Positions 35,632 to 44,046 of a stretch of 57,708 nucleotides of DNA are shown one piece after another. Source of the stretch: Actinomycetota bacterium (GTDB lineage Bacteria; Actinomycetota; Acidimicrobiia; Spongiisociales; UBA11373); assembly GCA_016870535.1 (NCBI GenBank), contig VGBK01000004.1:1-57708 (forward strand), read 5' to 3'. A model generated the notes under the pieces. The model worked only from the letters and a program-made list of their open reading frames with translations, was not told the DNA's origin and made no database searches. Positions within the stretch are counted from its first letter, which is position 1, and the number at the start of each line of letters is the position of its first letter. A program made the position numbers and the translations under genes.

Positions 35632-36444
35632 TCACAGGCCGCCCCAGCGGCTCGGCGGCCACACCCGCACGAAAGCCCGGCCCACGATGGCGGTCTCCGG
35701 GATCGGCCCGAAGACCCGGCTGTCGGTGCTCGAAGAGCGGTTGTCCCCCATGACGAAGACGTGCCCGTCGGGCACGGTGAGCGGCCCGTACCGCGCCATC
35801 CGGGACCCCTCCTTCACGTACGGCTCCTCGATGGCTACCCCATTCACGAACACGCGGTTCTGGCGGATCTCCACCGTCTCCCCGCCGACGGCGACGACGC
35901 GCTTGATGAGGGCCGAATCGGGAGAGGAGAGGCCGAGCGACTCCGCCACGTGGCGCACCAGCGCCCCGAAGATGGTCTCCCCGTCGCCGCGGCCGTCCTG
36001 AGGGTTGTCGAAGACCACGATGTGCCCGCGCGACGGGTCGCCGAAGCGGTAGGCCAGCTTGTTGACCATCACCCGGTCGCCCTCCAGCAGGGTGTCGTGC
36101 ATCGACCCGGAAGGGATGAAGAAGGCCTGGACCAGGAAGGTCTTGATGAGGACCGCCACCACCAGGGCCGCCAGGATGAGGATGGGCAGTTCCTTCCAGA
36201 AGGTGCGCCCGGCGGCCTTCTTGTCCCCGCGGCGGCGAGCATCCCGGCGCAGACGCCGCAGCGAGGCGGTCTGCTCGGCGTCGCCCGGCAGGGCGACGGC
36301 TCCGCCGGCGAAGGGATCCGAGGGGGCGGCGAGCCCTTCGGCCGCCTCCGACCCTGACGCCTCCGGCCCGGGGGCGACAGAAGGAGGCGGAGAGGAGGGT
36401 CCCGGCGCGTCTTCTGGAGATCCGGGAGGAACAGGCGAGGTCAC
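35632..36444 (-). CDS. lepB: Signal peptidase I
   Basis: TM segment followed by IPSGSMHDTL (catalytic Ser) and a GDNRSSSTDSR box. GTG start. Confidence 0.93.
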   Translation of the reverse strand: MTSPVPPGSPEDAPGPSSPPPSVAPGPEASGSEAAEGLAAPSDPFAGGAVALPGDAEQTASLRRLRRDARRRGDKKAAGRTFWKELPILILAALVVAVLIKTFLVQAFFIPSGSMHDTLLEGDRVMVNKLAYRFGDPSRGHIVVFDNPQDGRGDGETIFGALVRHVAESLGLSSPDSALIKRVVAVGGETVEIRQNRVFVNGVAIEEPYVKEGSRMARYGPLTVPDGHVFVMGDNRSSSTDSRVFGPIPETAIVGRAFVRVWPPSRWGGL

Positions 36445-36487
36445 GAGGGCGACGATACTGCGGCAGGGGGAGTGCGGGGAACGGCCC

Positions 36488-36832
36488 TCAGTCGCGCTTC
36501 TCCTTGATGCGAGTGGCCTTGCCCACCCGCCCGCGCAGGAAGTAGAGCTTGGCCCGGCGCACGTCGCCCCGACGGATCACTTCGATGCGCTGCACGATGG
36601 GAGCGTGGATGGGGAAGATGCGCTCCACTCCCACGCCGAAGGACACCTTGCGCACCGTGATGCTCTCGCGCAACCCGCCGCCGCGACGGGCGATCACCAC
36701 CCCCTCGTACACCTGGACCCGCTCCCGGCCGCCTTCGACCACGCGCACGTGGACCCGCACCGTGTCTCCCGGGCCGAAGTCCGGGAGGTCGGAGCGCAGT
36801 TGCGCTGCTTCGACCTGATCCAGCGTGTTCAT
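36488..36832 (-). CDS. rplS: 50S ribosomal protein L19
   Basis: 114 aa, [35 protein letters not shown]. Trimmed from track ORF 36488..37621. Confidence 0.96.
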   Translation of the reverse strand: MNTLDQVEAAQLRSDLPDFGPGDTVRVHVRVVEGGRERVQVYEGVVIARRGGGLRESITVRKVSFGVGVERIFPIHAPIVQRIEVIRRGDVRRAKLYFLRGRVGKATRIKEKRD

Positions 36833-36888
36833 GGGGGATTCCCTTCGCGCCGAAGCCAGGACGGCGGGCGCCGTCCGGCGGCGGGAGT

Positions 36889-37581
36889 TTAGCCCTCGCC
36901 TTCTTCCTCTGCGAACCCAGGCGGGAGGAGGTCCGGACGGCGCTCCCGGGTCCGGCGGCGGCGCTGCTCCCGCCGCCAGGCGAGGATGCGGGCGTGGTCG
37001 CCCGAGAGCAGCACCCCGGGCACTTCCCAGCCCCGGAAGTCCGCCGGCCGGGTGTACAGCGGCTCCTCCAGGAGGCCGTCGCGAAAGCTCTCCGCCCCGG
37101 CCGACTCGGGATTGCCCAGCACCCCGGGCAGCAGTCGGGCCACTCCCTCCACCACCACCAGGGCGGCAGCCTCGCCGCCGGCGAGCACGAAGTCGCCCAG
37201 CGAGGCTTCCTCTTCGATGAAGTGCTCGGCCACCCTCTCGTCCACTCCCTCGTAGCGGCCGCAGACCAGGGTGAGGTCGGGCAGGCCCGCCCAGCGATCC
37301 AGCGTGGGCTGGCCGAGCCGCCGCCCGGCCGGGGTTAGCAGGACGCGGTGGGTGCCGGCCAGCGGCTCCAGCGCCGCCGCCAGCGGCTCCACCATCATCA
37401 CCATCCCCGGTCCCCCCCCGAAGGGGGCATCGTCGAGCCGGCGGTGGCGGCCGAGGCCGTGCTCCCGCAGGTCCACGAGAACGATCGACAGCAGCCCGGC
37501 TTCGATCGCCCTCCCCACCACCCCGACGGCCAGGGGGGAGCGGAAGAACTCGGGGAACATGGTGACCAGGTGGAGTCGCAT
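36889..37581 (-). CDS. trmD: tRNA (guanine37-N1)-methyltransferase
   Basis: [21 protein letters not shown] and [11 protein letters not shown]. Trimmed from track ORF 36889..38184. Confidence 0.95.
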   Translation of the reverse strand: MRLHLVTMFPEFFRSPLAVGVVGRAIEAGLLSIVLVDLREHGLGRHRRLDDAPFGGGPGMVMMVEPLAAALEPLAGTHRVLLTPAGRRLGQPTLDRWAGLPDLTLVCGRYEGVDERVAEHFIEEEASLGDFVLAGGEAAALVVVEGVARLLPGVLGNPESAGAESFRDGLLEEPLYTRPADFRGWEVPGVLLSGDHARILAWRREQRRRRTRERRPDLLPPGFAEEEGEG

Positions 37582-37654
37582 CGCCGTCAGCGTATCGGCT
37601 CTGCGCCGGGGCAGCTTCCACCGAAGCAGGGGGATCCGTTGGTATCGTCGGGCC

Positions 37655-38686
37655 ATGCCGCGCCCGGGTGCCGCCTGGTCCCTGCTCCTCGCCGCCGTCG
37701 CGCTGGCCGGCGGGGTCGGCTCCGCCGCCGCCCAGGTCCAGGGCCCCTGCACCGCGTACTTCAACGGCGTTGAGGCGCCGCGCATCGACTCACTCGCCTC
37801 CCCCCTGTTGCTCACCGACGACGACGCCCTGGTGTTCTCGGGGGTCGACGCCGCCGGCACCCGGCAGGCCCGACTCACGGTGCTCCTCGGCCCGGCCTCG
37901 CTGGGCCGGGCGGAGTCCTCCGCCCCTGCCGCCGGTGAATTCCTCGTGTCCCTGGACCTCGCCGAGGTCGCCCCGTACGGAGTCGGCCTGCTGCGGGTAC
38001 GGGCGCTCACCGACAACTGCACCGTGGAGGTCTGGCTGCGCCTGGGGGGCCGCACTCCCTTCACCACCCTCATCGGCCTCACCGGCGGCGGCCTGGCGCT
38101 CGCCGGGCTCACCGCCCAGATCTCCGCCCTGCTGGCCCGCCGGCGCTGGTCGCTGCCGGTGGCGGCTGCCGCCGGGGTAGCCACCGGTGCCGGCGGCGCC
38201 TTGCTGGGCCAGGAGTTCGGACGACTGCAGTTGTCCTATCCCTCGCTGGCGGGGTGCATCGCTCTCGCCGTCGTCGTCGGCCTGGGATTGGCGCTCCTGC
38301 TCCGCCCGCGTCGCGATCGGCCCGCTGCCGAGGAGGGCCCCGATCGGCCGCCGACCGCGACGCCTGCCGCCGCTGATCCCCGGCCTTCGCCTCCGGTCCC
38401 CGCCCCCGGACCCGCCTCGACGGCCTCACTCCAGGCGCCGCCCGCCGCCGCGGTGGCGCCCCGCCCTGCTCCGGCCGCGCCGCCGGCTGCCGCCGGGCCC
38501 TTCTGGTCCTACGTCATGGCTGAGGTCGAGGTCCTCGACCTCGATGACTACAGCCGGGTGGTGGCCGTCCTGCGCCCCGGCGCCTGGTACCTGGCCAAGC
38601 GCGAGGCCGGCGGCTGGACCCGGGTGGTGGCGGCCGACGGCGTGGAGGGCTGGGTGCCCCGCCAGGCCCTGCACCGCGAGGGCTGA
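37655..38686 (+). CDS. Membrane protein: signal peptide, ~150-aa ectodomain, 3 predicted TM helices, Pro-rich linker, C-terminal SH3-like domain
   Basis: [27 protein letters not shown] signal, then hydrophobic stretches. The SH3_3-like end is [38 protein letters not shown]. Trimmed from track ORF 37271..38686. Confidence 0.7.
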   Translation: MPRPGAAWSLLLAAVALAGGVGSAAAQVQGPCTAYFNGVEAPRIDSLASPLLLTDDDALVFSGVDAAGTRQARLTVLLGPASLGRAESSAPAAGEFLVSLDLAEVAPYGVGLLRVRALTDNCTVEVWLRLGGRTPFTTLIGLTGGGLALAGLTAQISALLARRRWSLPVAAAAGVATGAGGALLGQEFGRLQLSYPSLAGCIALAVVVGLGLALLLRPRRDRPAAEEGPDRPPTATPAAADPRPSPPVPAPGPASTASLQAPPAAAVAPRPAPAAPPAAAGPFWSYVMAEVEVLDLDDYSRVVAVLRPGAWYLAKREAGGWTRVVAADGVEGWVPRQALHREG

Positions 38687-38842
38687 ACCCCCAGGGTGCG
38701 AGACCCCGGCGGCGAAACCCTCTTCCGGGGGGTTCGCCCCCGGGCGTCTCGGCGACGGCGCCTGCGCCGGTCGCGACGCCCGGCCATCGCCATCGCCCGG
38801 CATCGCCTGGACCCGGCAGCCCCGTCCGATCCTGCCCCCGGC

Positions 38843-40699
38843 TTAGCCGGCCCGCGGCGGCGCCGGGGCCTCTGCCGGCTCTTCGTAGAGGGTGGTACGC
38901 CGGGCGGGCACCCGCCCGGCAGCACGGATGATCCGCTCCAGGTCATCGGGCGCGGCAGCCGTGCCGTGAGCGGCCCCGGCGGCTCGCGAGATGCGGTCGC
39001 CCATGAGGGTGCCCCCCAGGTCGTTCACCCCGGCCTGCAGCAGGGCCGCCGCCCCGTCCCACCCCAGCTTCACCCACGACGCCTGGATGTTGCCCACCAG
39101 GCCGTCGAGTGCCAGGCGAGCCACGGCGTGGAGCAGCACCACTTCGTCCCAGGTGGGCCCCGGCCGGGCCCGTCCCTCGCGATACAGCGGAGCCTCCATG
39201 TGAACGAAGGGCAGCGGCACGAACTCGGTGAACCCCCCGGTCTGCGCCTGGAGGCGGCGGATCACCTCGAGGTGACGCGCCCAGGAGGCGGGGGAATCGA
39301 CGTGGCCGAACATGATGGTCGCCGTGGTCGGCATGCCGAGGCGGTGGGCCGCAGCCACCACCTCGACCCACCGAGCGGTGTCGATCTTGCTCGGGCACAG
39401 CACCCGGCGCACCTCGTCGTCGAGGACCTCGGCGGCCGTGCCGGGCAGGCTGTCCAGGCCCTCGGCGCCCAGGCGACGCAGGAAGTCCGGGATCGACATC
39501 CCGAGAGTCCGGGCTCCGTGCCAGACCTCCAGAGGGCTGAAGGCGTGCAGGTGGAGGGAGGGGGCCGCCGCCTTGACCGCGGCCGTCAGCGCGAGGTAGA
39601 AGTCGCCGGTGACGGCCCGGGGAACGCCCCCTTGCAGGCAGATCTCGGTGGCCCCGGCCGCTGCGGCCTCGCCGGCTTGCCGCCCGACCTCCTCGACGGC
39701 CATGAGATAGGGCTCCTCCCCCCGCCCGCCGCCCTGCGAGAAGGCGCAGAAACCGCAGCGGTAGGTGCACCGGTTCGTGAAGTTGATGTTGCGGTTCACC
39801 ACATAGGTGACGGTCTGCCCCTTGGCCCGGCGGCGCAACTCGTCGGCGGCGGCGGCCACCGCCTCGACCTCCGCCCCACGCGCCCCGAGCAGCAGTTCGA
39901 CCTCGGCCGCGCCGGGACGGCGGCCGGCGAGGGACCTCTCCAAGACACGGGCCAAGCCCGGGCGCATCGATGCTTCGCCCGGCTCCCCCGCCGCCCAGGC
40001 CGGGTCCGCCCAGGCCGCCGACAGGCGGCCCGCCGGGGGCGGGATGGCCGTGCTCCGGCCCGGCGCCCACGGAACGCGGGGGCGCACCACCCCCGAGGCA
40101 TCGATCTGGTCCAGGTAGGCCTTCAGCAGCGGGCCGGCGAGCGAGGCAGCGGCCCGGTCGTAGGCCACGCCCGGCGGCAGGGCGCCGCGCTCCACCAGCA
40201 GGTGCCCCGCCAGGGCCGTCCGCAGCTCCCCGAGGCGCTCCGTGTCCCAGTCACGCAGGAGCAGGTCGGTCGCTCCGGCTTCCACCGCCGCCACTGCCTG
40301 GCTCACCGTGTCGACGAACACCGACACCGCCGCCCCGGCGGAGCGGGCGGCGAGGCCGGCAGAGGCTACCCGGCTGCGCCCGGTGCGCAGGTACGCCGCC
40401 CGGGTGCGGGCCAGCGCCTCCCGCACGACGGGCCCCCCGCCCCGATCCAGCACGGTGAGGCGCCACCCGGGGATGCCGGCGGCCGCCAGGGACACCGCCC
40501 CGGATGGAGCCGCCACCCAGGCGGCCACCCCCACCGCCTGCGGTCCCCCGACCGGCAGGAGGCCGGCGCCCAGGATGGCCGCCCGTTCGGTCTCCCCGGG
40601 AGCAGCCGCCTCCAGCGTCGTAGTCCCTTCGCGGCGGCAGGTCTCCGCCCGGGCGGGGGTCACCGACCGGACGGGGCGCAGCCGACAGAAGGTGATCAA
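38843..40699 (-). CDS. cofH: FO synthase subunit 2 (CofH, radical SAM) with a 244-codon in-frame upstream region of unknown function
   Basis: The core from the ATG at 39967 (MRPGLARVLERSL..VTYVVNRNINFTNRCTYRCGFCAF..) is full-length CofH (374 aa). The frame stays open, and protein-like, up to a TTG at 40699 that overlaps the cofG stop (TTGA). Confidence 0.85.
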   Translation of the reverse strand: MITFCRLRPVRSVTPARAETCRREGTTTLEAAAPGETERAAILGAGLLPVGGPQAVGVAAWVAAPSGAVSLAAAGIPGWRLTVLDRGGGPVVREALARTRAAYLRTGRSRVASAGLAARSAGAAVSVFVDTVSQAVAAVEAGATDLLLRDWDTERLGELRTALAGHLLVERGALPPGVAYDRAAASLAGPLLKAYLDQIDASGVVRPRVPWAPGRSTAIPPPAGRLSAAWADPAWAAGEPGEASMRPGLARVLERSLAGRRPGAAEVELLLGARGAEVEAVAAAADELRRRAKGQTVTYVVNRNINFTNRCTYRCGFCAFSQGGGRGEEPYLMAVEEVGRQAGEAAAAGATEICLQGGVPRAVTGDFYLALTAAVKAAAPSLHLHAFSPLEVWHGARTLGMSIPDFLRRLGAEGLDSLPGTAAEVLDDEVRRVLCPSKIDTARWVEVVAAAHRLGMPTTATIMFGHVDSPASWARHLEVIRRLQAQTGGFTEFVPLPFVHMEAPLYREGRARPGPTWDEVVLLHAVARLALDGLVGNIQASWVKLGWDGAAALLQAGVNDLGGTLMGDRISRAAGAAHGTAAAPDDLERIIRAAGRVPARRTTLYEEPAEAPAPPRAG

Positions 40700-41856
40700 A
40701 GGCCCATCCCTCCCTGCTGAGGGCCGAGAGCGTAACCCTGCTCATCCGCGGAGGCCCGCAGGCGGCGGGACAGGGCCGGGTCCAGCCACTCGGCCCGAAG
40801 GAACTCCGGGTACACCGGAAGGCGGGGCACCAGGCGGAACCCGGCCGCCTCGGTGCGGTGCCGCAGTTCGTCCAGGTGCGGCCACGGCGCCTCCGGGTTC
40901 ACCCAGTCGGGAGTGAGGGGCGATACCCCACCCCAGTCGTTGACCCCGGCCTCCAGGTACACCTCGAAGCGCTCGGTCAGGTTGGGCGGCACCTGCAGGT
41001 TCATCTCCGGCCCCAGGACCCAGCGGGCCACCGCCACGACTCGGGCCAGGTACTGCGGCGTGGGCTCGGCGGCGCCACCCATCGGCGTTCCCGGCTTGGC
41101 CCGGAAGTTCTGCACGATCACCTCCTGCACCGCCCCGGTCGCAGCGGCCAGGGAGGCCAGAGAGAAGAGGCTGTCGGCCAGTTCCTCCGGGGTCTCCCCG
41201 ATGCCCACCAGCACACCGGTGGTGACCGGCACGCGCTGCGCCGCCATGGCCCGCAGCGCGGCCAGGCGACGCGCCGGGTCCTTGTCGGGGCAGCCGTGGT
41301 GGGGCATCCCCCGCTCCATGAGGCGGGGCGAGGCGTTCTCCAGCATGAGGCCCATGGAGGCGCACCACGGGCGGAGGGCCGCCACCTCGGCGGCGGACAC
41401 CACCCCGGGGTTGGCGTGCGGGAAGAGGGTGGTGGCCTCCACGACGGCGCGCGCCACCCGGGCGGTGTACTCCACCGTGGAGGCGCAGCCGTGGCGCGCC
41501 AGGAAGGCGCGCGCTTCCGGCCACCGATCCTCCGGGCGGTCGCCCGAGGTGATGAGCGCCTCGGTGCAGGCGGCGGCCGCGCCGGCCCGGGCGATGGCCA
41601 GCGCCTCCTCCGGCTCCAGGTAGCGCCCGCCGGCCCCGGGCGGGGCGGCGAAGGTGCAGTAGGCGCAGCGGTCGCGGCACAGCGTGGTCAGGGGGAGGAA
41701 CACTTTGGGCGAGTAGGTGACCACCCGTCCTTTGCCCTCATCCCGCAGGCGCCGGGCGGCGGCACACAGCGGAGCCGTCTCCCGCTCGCCGCGCAGGAAC
41801 TCCACGGCCAGGACCGGGTCGGGGGCGGGGAAGGCCACGACCGGCGACGCTATCAC
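40696..41856 (-). CDS. cofG: FO synthase subunit 1 (CofG, radical SAM)
   Basis: VTYSPKVFLPLTTLCRDRCAYCTF, and the rest is CofG-like. Trimmed to the GTG at 41856 (alternative 41838), because the track ORF N-terminus overlaps the divergent GAPDH-like gene. Confidence 0.88.
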   Translation of the reverse strand: MIASPVVAFPAPDPVLAVEFLRGERETAPLCAAARRLRDEGKGRVVTYSPKVFLPLTTLCRDRCAYCTFAAPPGAGGRYLEPEEALAIARAGAAAACTEALITSGDRPEDRWPEARAFLARHGCASTVEYTARVARAVVEATTLFPHANPGVVSAAEVAALRPWCASMGLMLENASPRLMERGMPHHGCPDKDPARRLAALRAMAAQRVPVTTGVLVGIGETPEELADSLFSLASLAAATGAVQEVIVQNFRAKPGTPMGGAAEPTPQYLARVVAVARWVLGPEMNLQVPPNLTERFEVYLEAGVNDWGGVSPLTPDWVNPEAPWPHLDELRHRTEAAGFRLVPRLPVYPEFLRAEWLDPALSRRLRASADEQGYALGPQQGGMGL

Positions 41857-41926
41857 GCCCTCCGCGACAAGCCCCGGCGAGGCCGTAAAGTACGGCCGAT
41901 TCCCCGCAAGCCACAAGAGAGGAACG

Positions 41927-42955
41927 ATGACGGACGGAAAGACCCGGGTAGGCCTGATGGGCTTCGGGCGGATCGGCCGCAACGTCTTCCGCCAACTGGA
42001 GGACCACCCCCGCATCGAGGTGGCGGCCATCGTCGACATCGCCGACCCCAAGGCCCTCGTCTACCTGCTCAAGTACGACACGGTGTTCGGCCGGTTCCCC
42101 AAGAAGGTGGGCCTCGACGCCGCCGGCAACCTGGTGGTGGGTGAGCGGAGCGTCCCCATCCTCGCCGCCCGCGACCCCGGCGACGTCGATTGGGCCGCCT
42201 ACGGGGTGGACGTGGTGGTGCAGGCCACCCGCAAGCATCGCACCGCCGCCGAGTGCCGCCTCCATCTCGACAAGGGCGCCAAGCGGGTGGTGCTCGCCTC
42301 CACCCCCGAGGATCCCGGCGATATGGACACCCTCCTGATGGGGGTGAACGACGAGGTGCTCGGCCCCGAAGACACCATCGTCGCCCTCGGGTCCAACACC
42401 TCCAACGCGGTGGCCCCGGTGCTGAAGGTGCTCCACGAGCACTTCGGAGTGGAGTGGGCCCTGTTCACCACCGTGCACGCCATCACCAACGAAGCCCGCC
42501 TGGCCGACGTCCCCGGGACCTCCCTGCGGGGCAGCCGGTCGGCGGCGGAGAACATCATCCCCGGGCCCACCAACTCTCCGGAGATCGTGGAGCGGGCCCT
42601 GCCGGCCCTGAAGGGACGCATCGCCGCCATGGCCCTCAACGTGCCGGTGCAGGACGGCTCCAACGTGGACCTGGTGGCCTTCCTCAGGCGGGAAGCCGCC
42701 GCCGCCGAGATCAACGAAGCCCTGAGCGCCGCGGCGGCCGACAGCACGGTGCTGGCCTACACCGACGAGCCGATCGTCTCGTCGGACATCATCGGCAACA
42801 GCTACTCGGCCACGGTGGACGGCCTGGCCACGCTCGTTCTGGGCGGGACCATGGCCAAGCTGGTGATCTGGTACGACAACGGCTGGGGCTACGCCGCCCG
42901 GGCCGTCGAACTGATCGAGAAGCTGGCAGCCTTCGACCGCAAAGGGGTGAAGTGA
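41927..42955 (+). CDS. GAPDH-family paralog lacking the catalytic cysteine (predicted pseudoenzyme or neofunctionalised)
   Basis: GFGRIGRN NAD motif and WYDNGWGY are retained. However SNASCTTNC is replaced by GSNTSNAVA (Cys to Asn, Cys to Ala), STGAAKA by GPTNSPE, and FRVP by LNVP. AGAGAGGA SD before the ATG. Confidence 0.85.
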   Translation: MTDGKTRVGLMGFGRIGRNVFRQLEDHPRIEVAAIVDIADPKALVYLLKYDTVFGRFPKKVGLDAAGNLVVGERSVPILAARDPGDVDWAAYGVDVVVQATRKHRTAAECRLHLDKGAKRVVLASTPEDPGDMDTLLMGVNDEVLGPEDTIVALGSNTSNAVAPVLKVLHEHFGVEWALFTTVHAITNEARLADVPGTSLRGSRSAAENIIPGPTNSPEIVERALPALKGRIAAMALNVPVQDGSNVDLVAFLRREAAAAEINEALSAAAADSTVLAYTDEPIVSSDIIGNSYSATVDGLATLVLGGTMAKLVIWYDNGWGYAARAVELIEKLAAFDRKGVK

Positions 42956-43971
42956 TGATCCGGGTAGCCATCAACGGCTTCGGGCGCATCGGCCGGGCCG
43001 TCTTCCGCGTCATCTCCCAGCGCCCGGCGGCGGGCATGGAGATCGTGGCGGTGAACGACCTGGCCGACGACGAGATGACGGCCTACCTCCTGAAGTACGA
43101 CACCGTCATGGGCACCTTCCCCGGCGAGGTCGCAGTGGAAGACGGCTACCTGGTGGCGGGCGGGCATCGAGCCAAGCTCCTCACCTTCATGGACCCGGCC
43201 GAGCTCCCTTGGAAGGAGCTGGAGGTGGACGTAGCCATCGAGTCCACCGGGGCGTTCCGTTCCCGCGCCCAGGTGGCCAAGCACCTGGAAGCCGGGGCCA
43301 AGCGGGTGATCCTGACCGTGCCGGCCAAGGACGAGCTGGACGCCACCGTGGTCCTCGGCGTCAACGACGCCGACCTGGGCGCCGACGCCCGGATCGTCTC
43401 GAACGCCTCGTGCACCACCAACTGCCTGGCTCCCGTCGCCAAGGTCCTGGACGACGCCTTCGGGCTGAAGCGCGGGGTAATGACCACGGTGCACGCCTAT
43501 ACCAACGACCAGCGCCTCGCCGACGTCCCCCACAAGGACTTCCGGCGCAGCCGGGCGGCGACGGTGAACATCATCCCCACCACCACCGGCGCGGCCAAGG
43601 CCGTGGGCAAGGTGCTGCCGCAGCTTCAGGGCAAGCTCGACGGCATGGCCATGCGCGTGCCGGTGCCCAACGGGTCCACGGTGGACCTGGTGGCCGAGCT
43701 GGGCCGTGCCGTGACCGTCGAGGAGGTCAACGCGGCGGTCCGGCAGGCTGCCGAAGGCCCGCTGGCCGGCATCCTCCAGTACACCGAGGCGCCGCTGGTG
43801 TCCACCGACATCATCGGCAACCCGCATTCGAGCATCTTCGATGCGGGCTCCACCATCGTGCTGGGCGGCGACAAGATCAAGGTCATCGCCTGGTACGACA
43901 ACGAGTGGGGCTACTCCCAGCGCGTGGTGGACCTCATCGAGCGGCTGGCCGCCCTTCCCGCGCCGGCGTAG
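42955..43971 (+). CDS. gap: Glyceraldehyde-3-phosphate dehydrogenase (canonical type I)
   Basis: INGFGRIGR, IVSNASCTTNCLAPVAKV, TVHAYTNDQ, TTTGAAKAVGKV, MAMRVPVPNGS and WYDNEWGYS. The ATG overlaps the upstream TGA by 1 nt. Confidence 0.96.
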   Translation: MIRVAINGFGRIGRAVFRVISQRPAAGMEIVAVNDLADDEMTAYLLKYDTVMGTFPGEVAVEDGYLVAGGHRAKLLTFMDPAELPWKELEVDVAIESTGAFRSRAQVAKHLEAGAKRVILTVPAKDELDATVVLGVNDADLGADARIVSNASCTTNCLAPVAKVLDDAFGLKRGVMTTVHAYTNDQRLADVPHKDFRRSRAATVNIIPTTTGAAKAVGKVLPQLQGKLDGMAMRVPVPNGSTVDLVAELGRAVTVEEVNAAVRQAAEGPLAGILQYTEAPLVSTDIIGNPHSSIFDAGSTIVLGGDKIKVIAWYDNEWGYSQRVVDLIERLAALPAPA

Positions 43972-43989
43972 CGCGCCGGCGGCAGATCC

Positions 43990-44037
43990 CTGCGCCCGGG
44001 CCCGGTGGGTGCCCGGGCGCAGGCGCGTTTGGCTAGT
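43990..44037 (+). terminator. Intrinsic terminator after gap
   Basis: 12-bp perfect stem CTGCGCCCGGGC/GCCCGGGCGCAG with a 9-nt loop, followed by GCGCGTTTGGCTAGTTT. Confidence 0.6.
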
Positions 44038-44046
44038 TTCGGCGGC

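Noticed and set aside
40696-40745. cofG/cofH junction as a frameshifted fbiC pseudogene
   Set aside because: This is not excluded. However, the TTGA stop/start overlap is the same coupling geometry used by many intact gene pairs in this window, and both halves are full-length with intact radical-SAM CxxxCxxC motifs. I kept it as an alternative under the CofH finding rather than calling a pseudogene.
44005-44046. Track start (GTG 44005) for the acyl-CoA synthetase alpha subunit
   Set aside because: It would place the first 14 codons inside the strong gap terminator hairpin (43990..44022). The in-frame GTG at 44047 gives an N-terminus (VTDFERIFHPRRMALVGVS) typical of the family.
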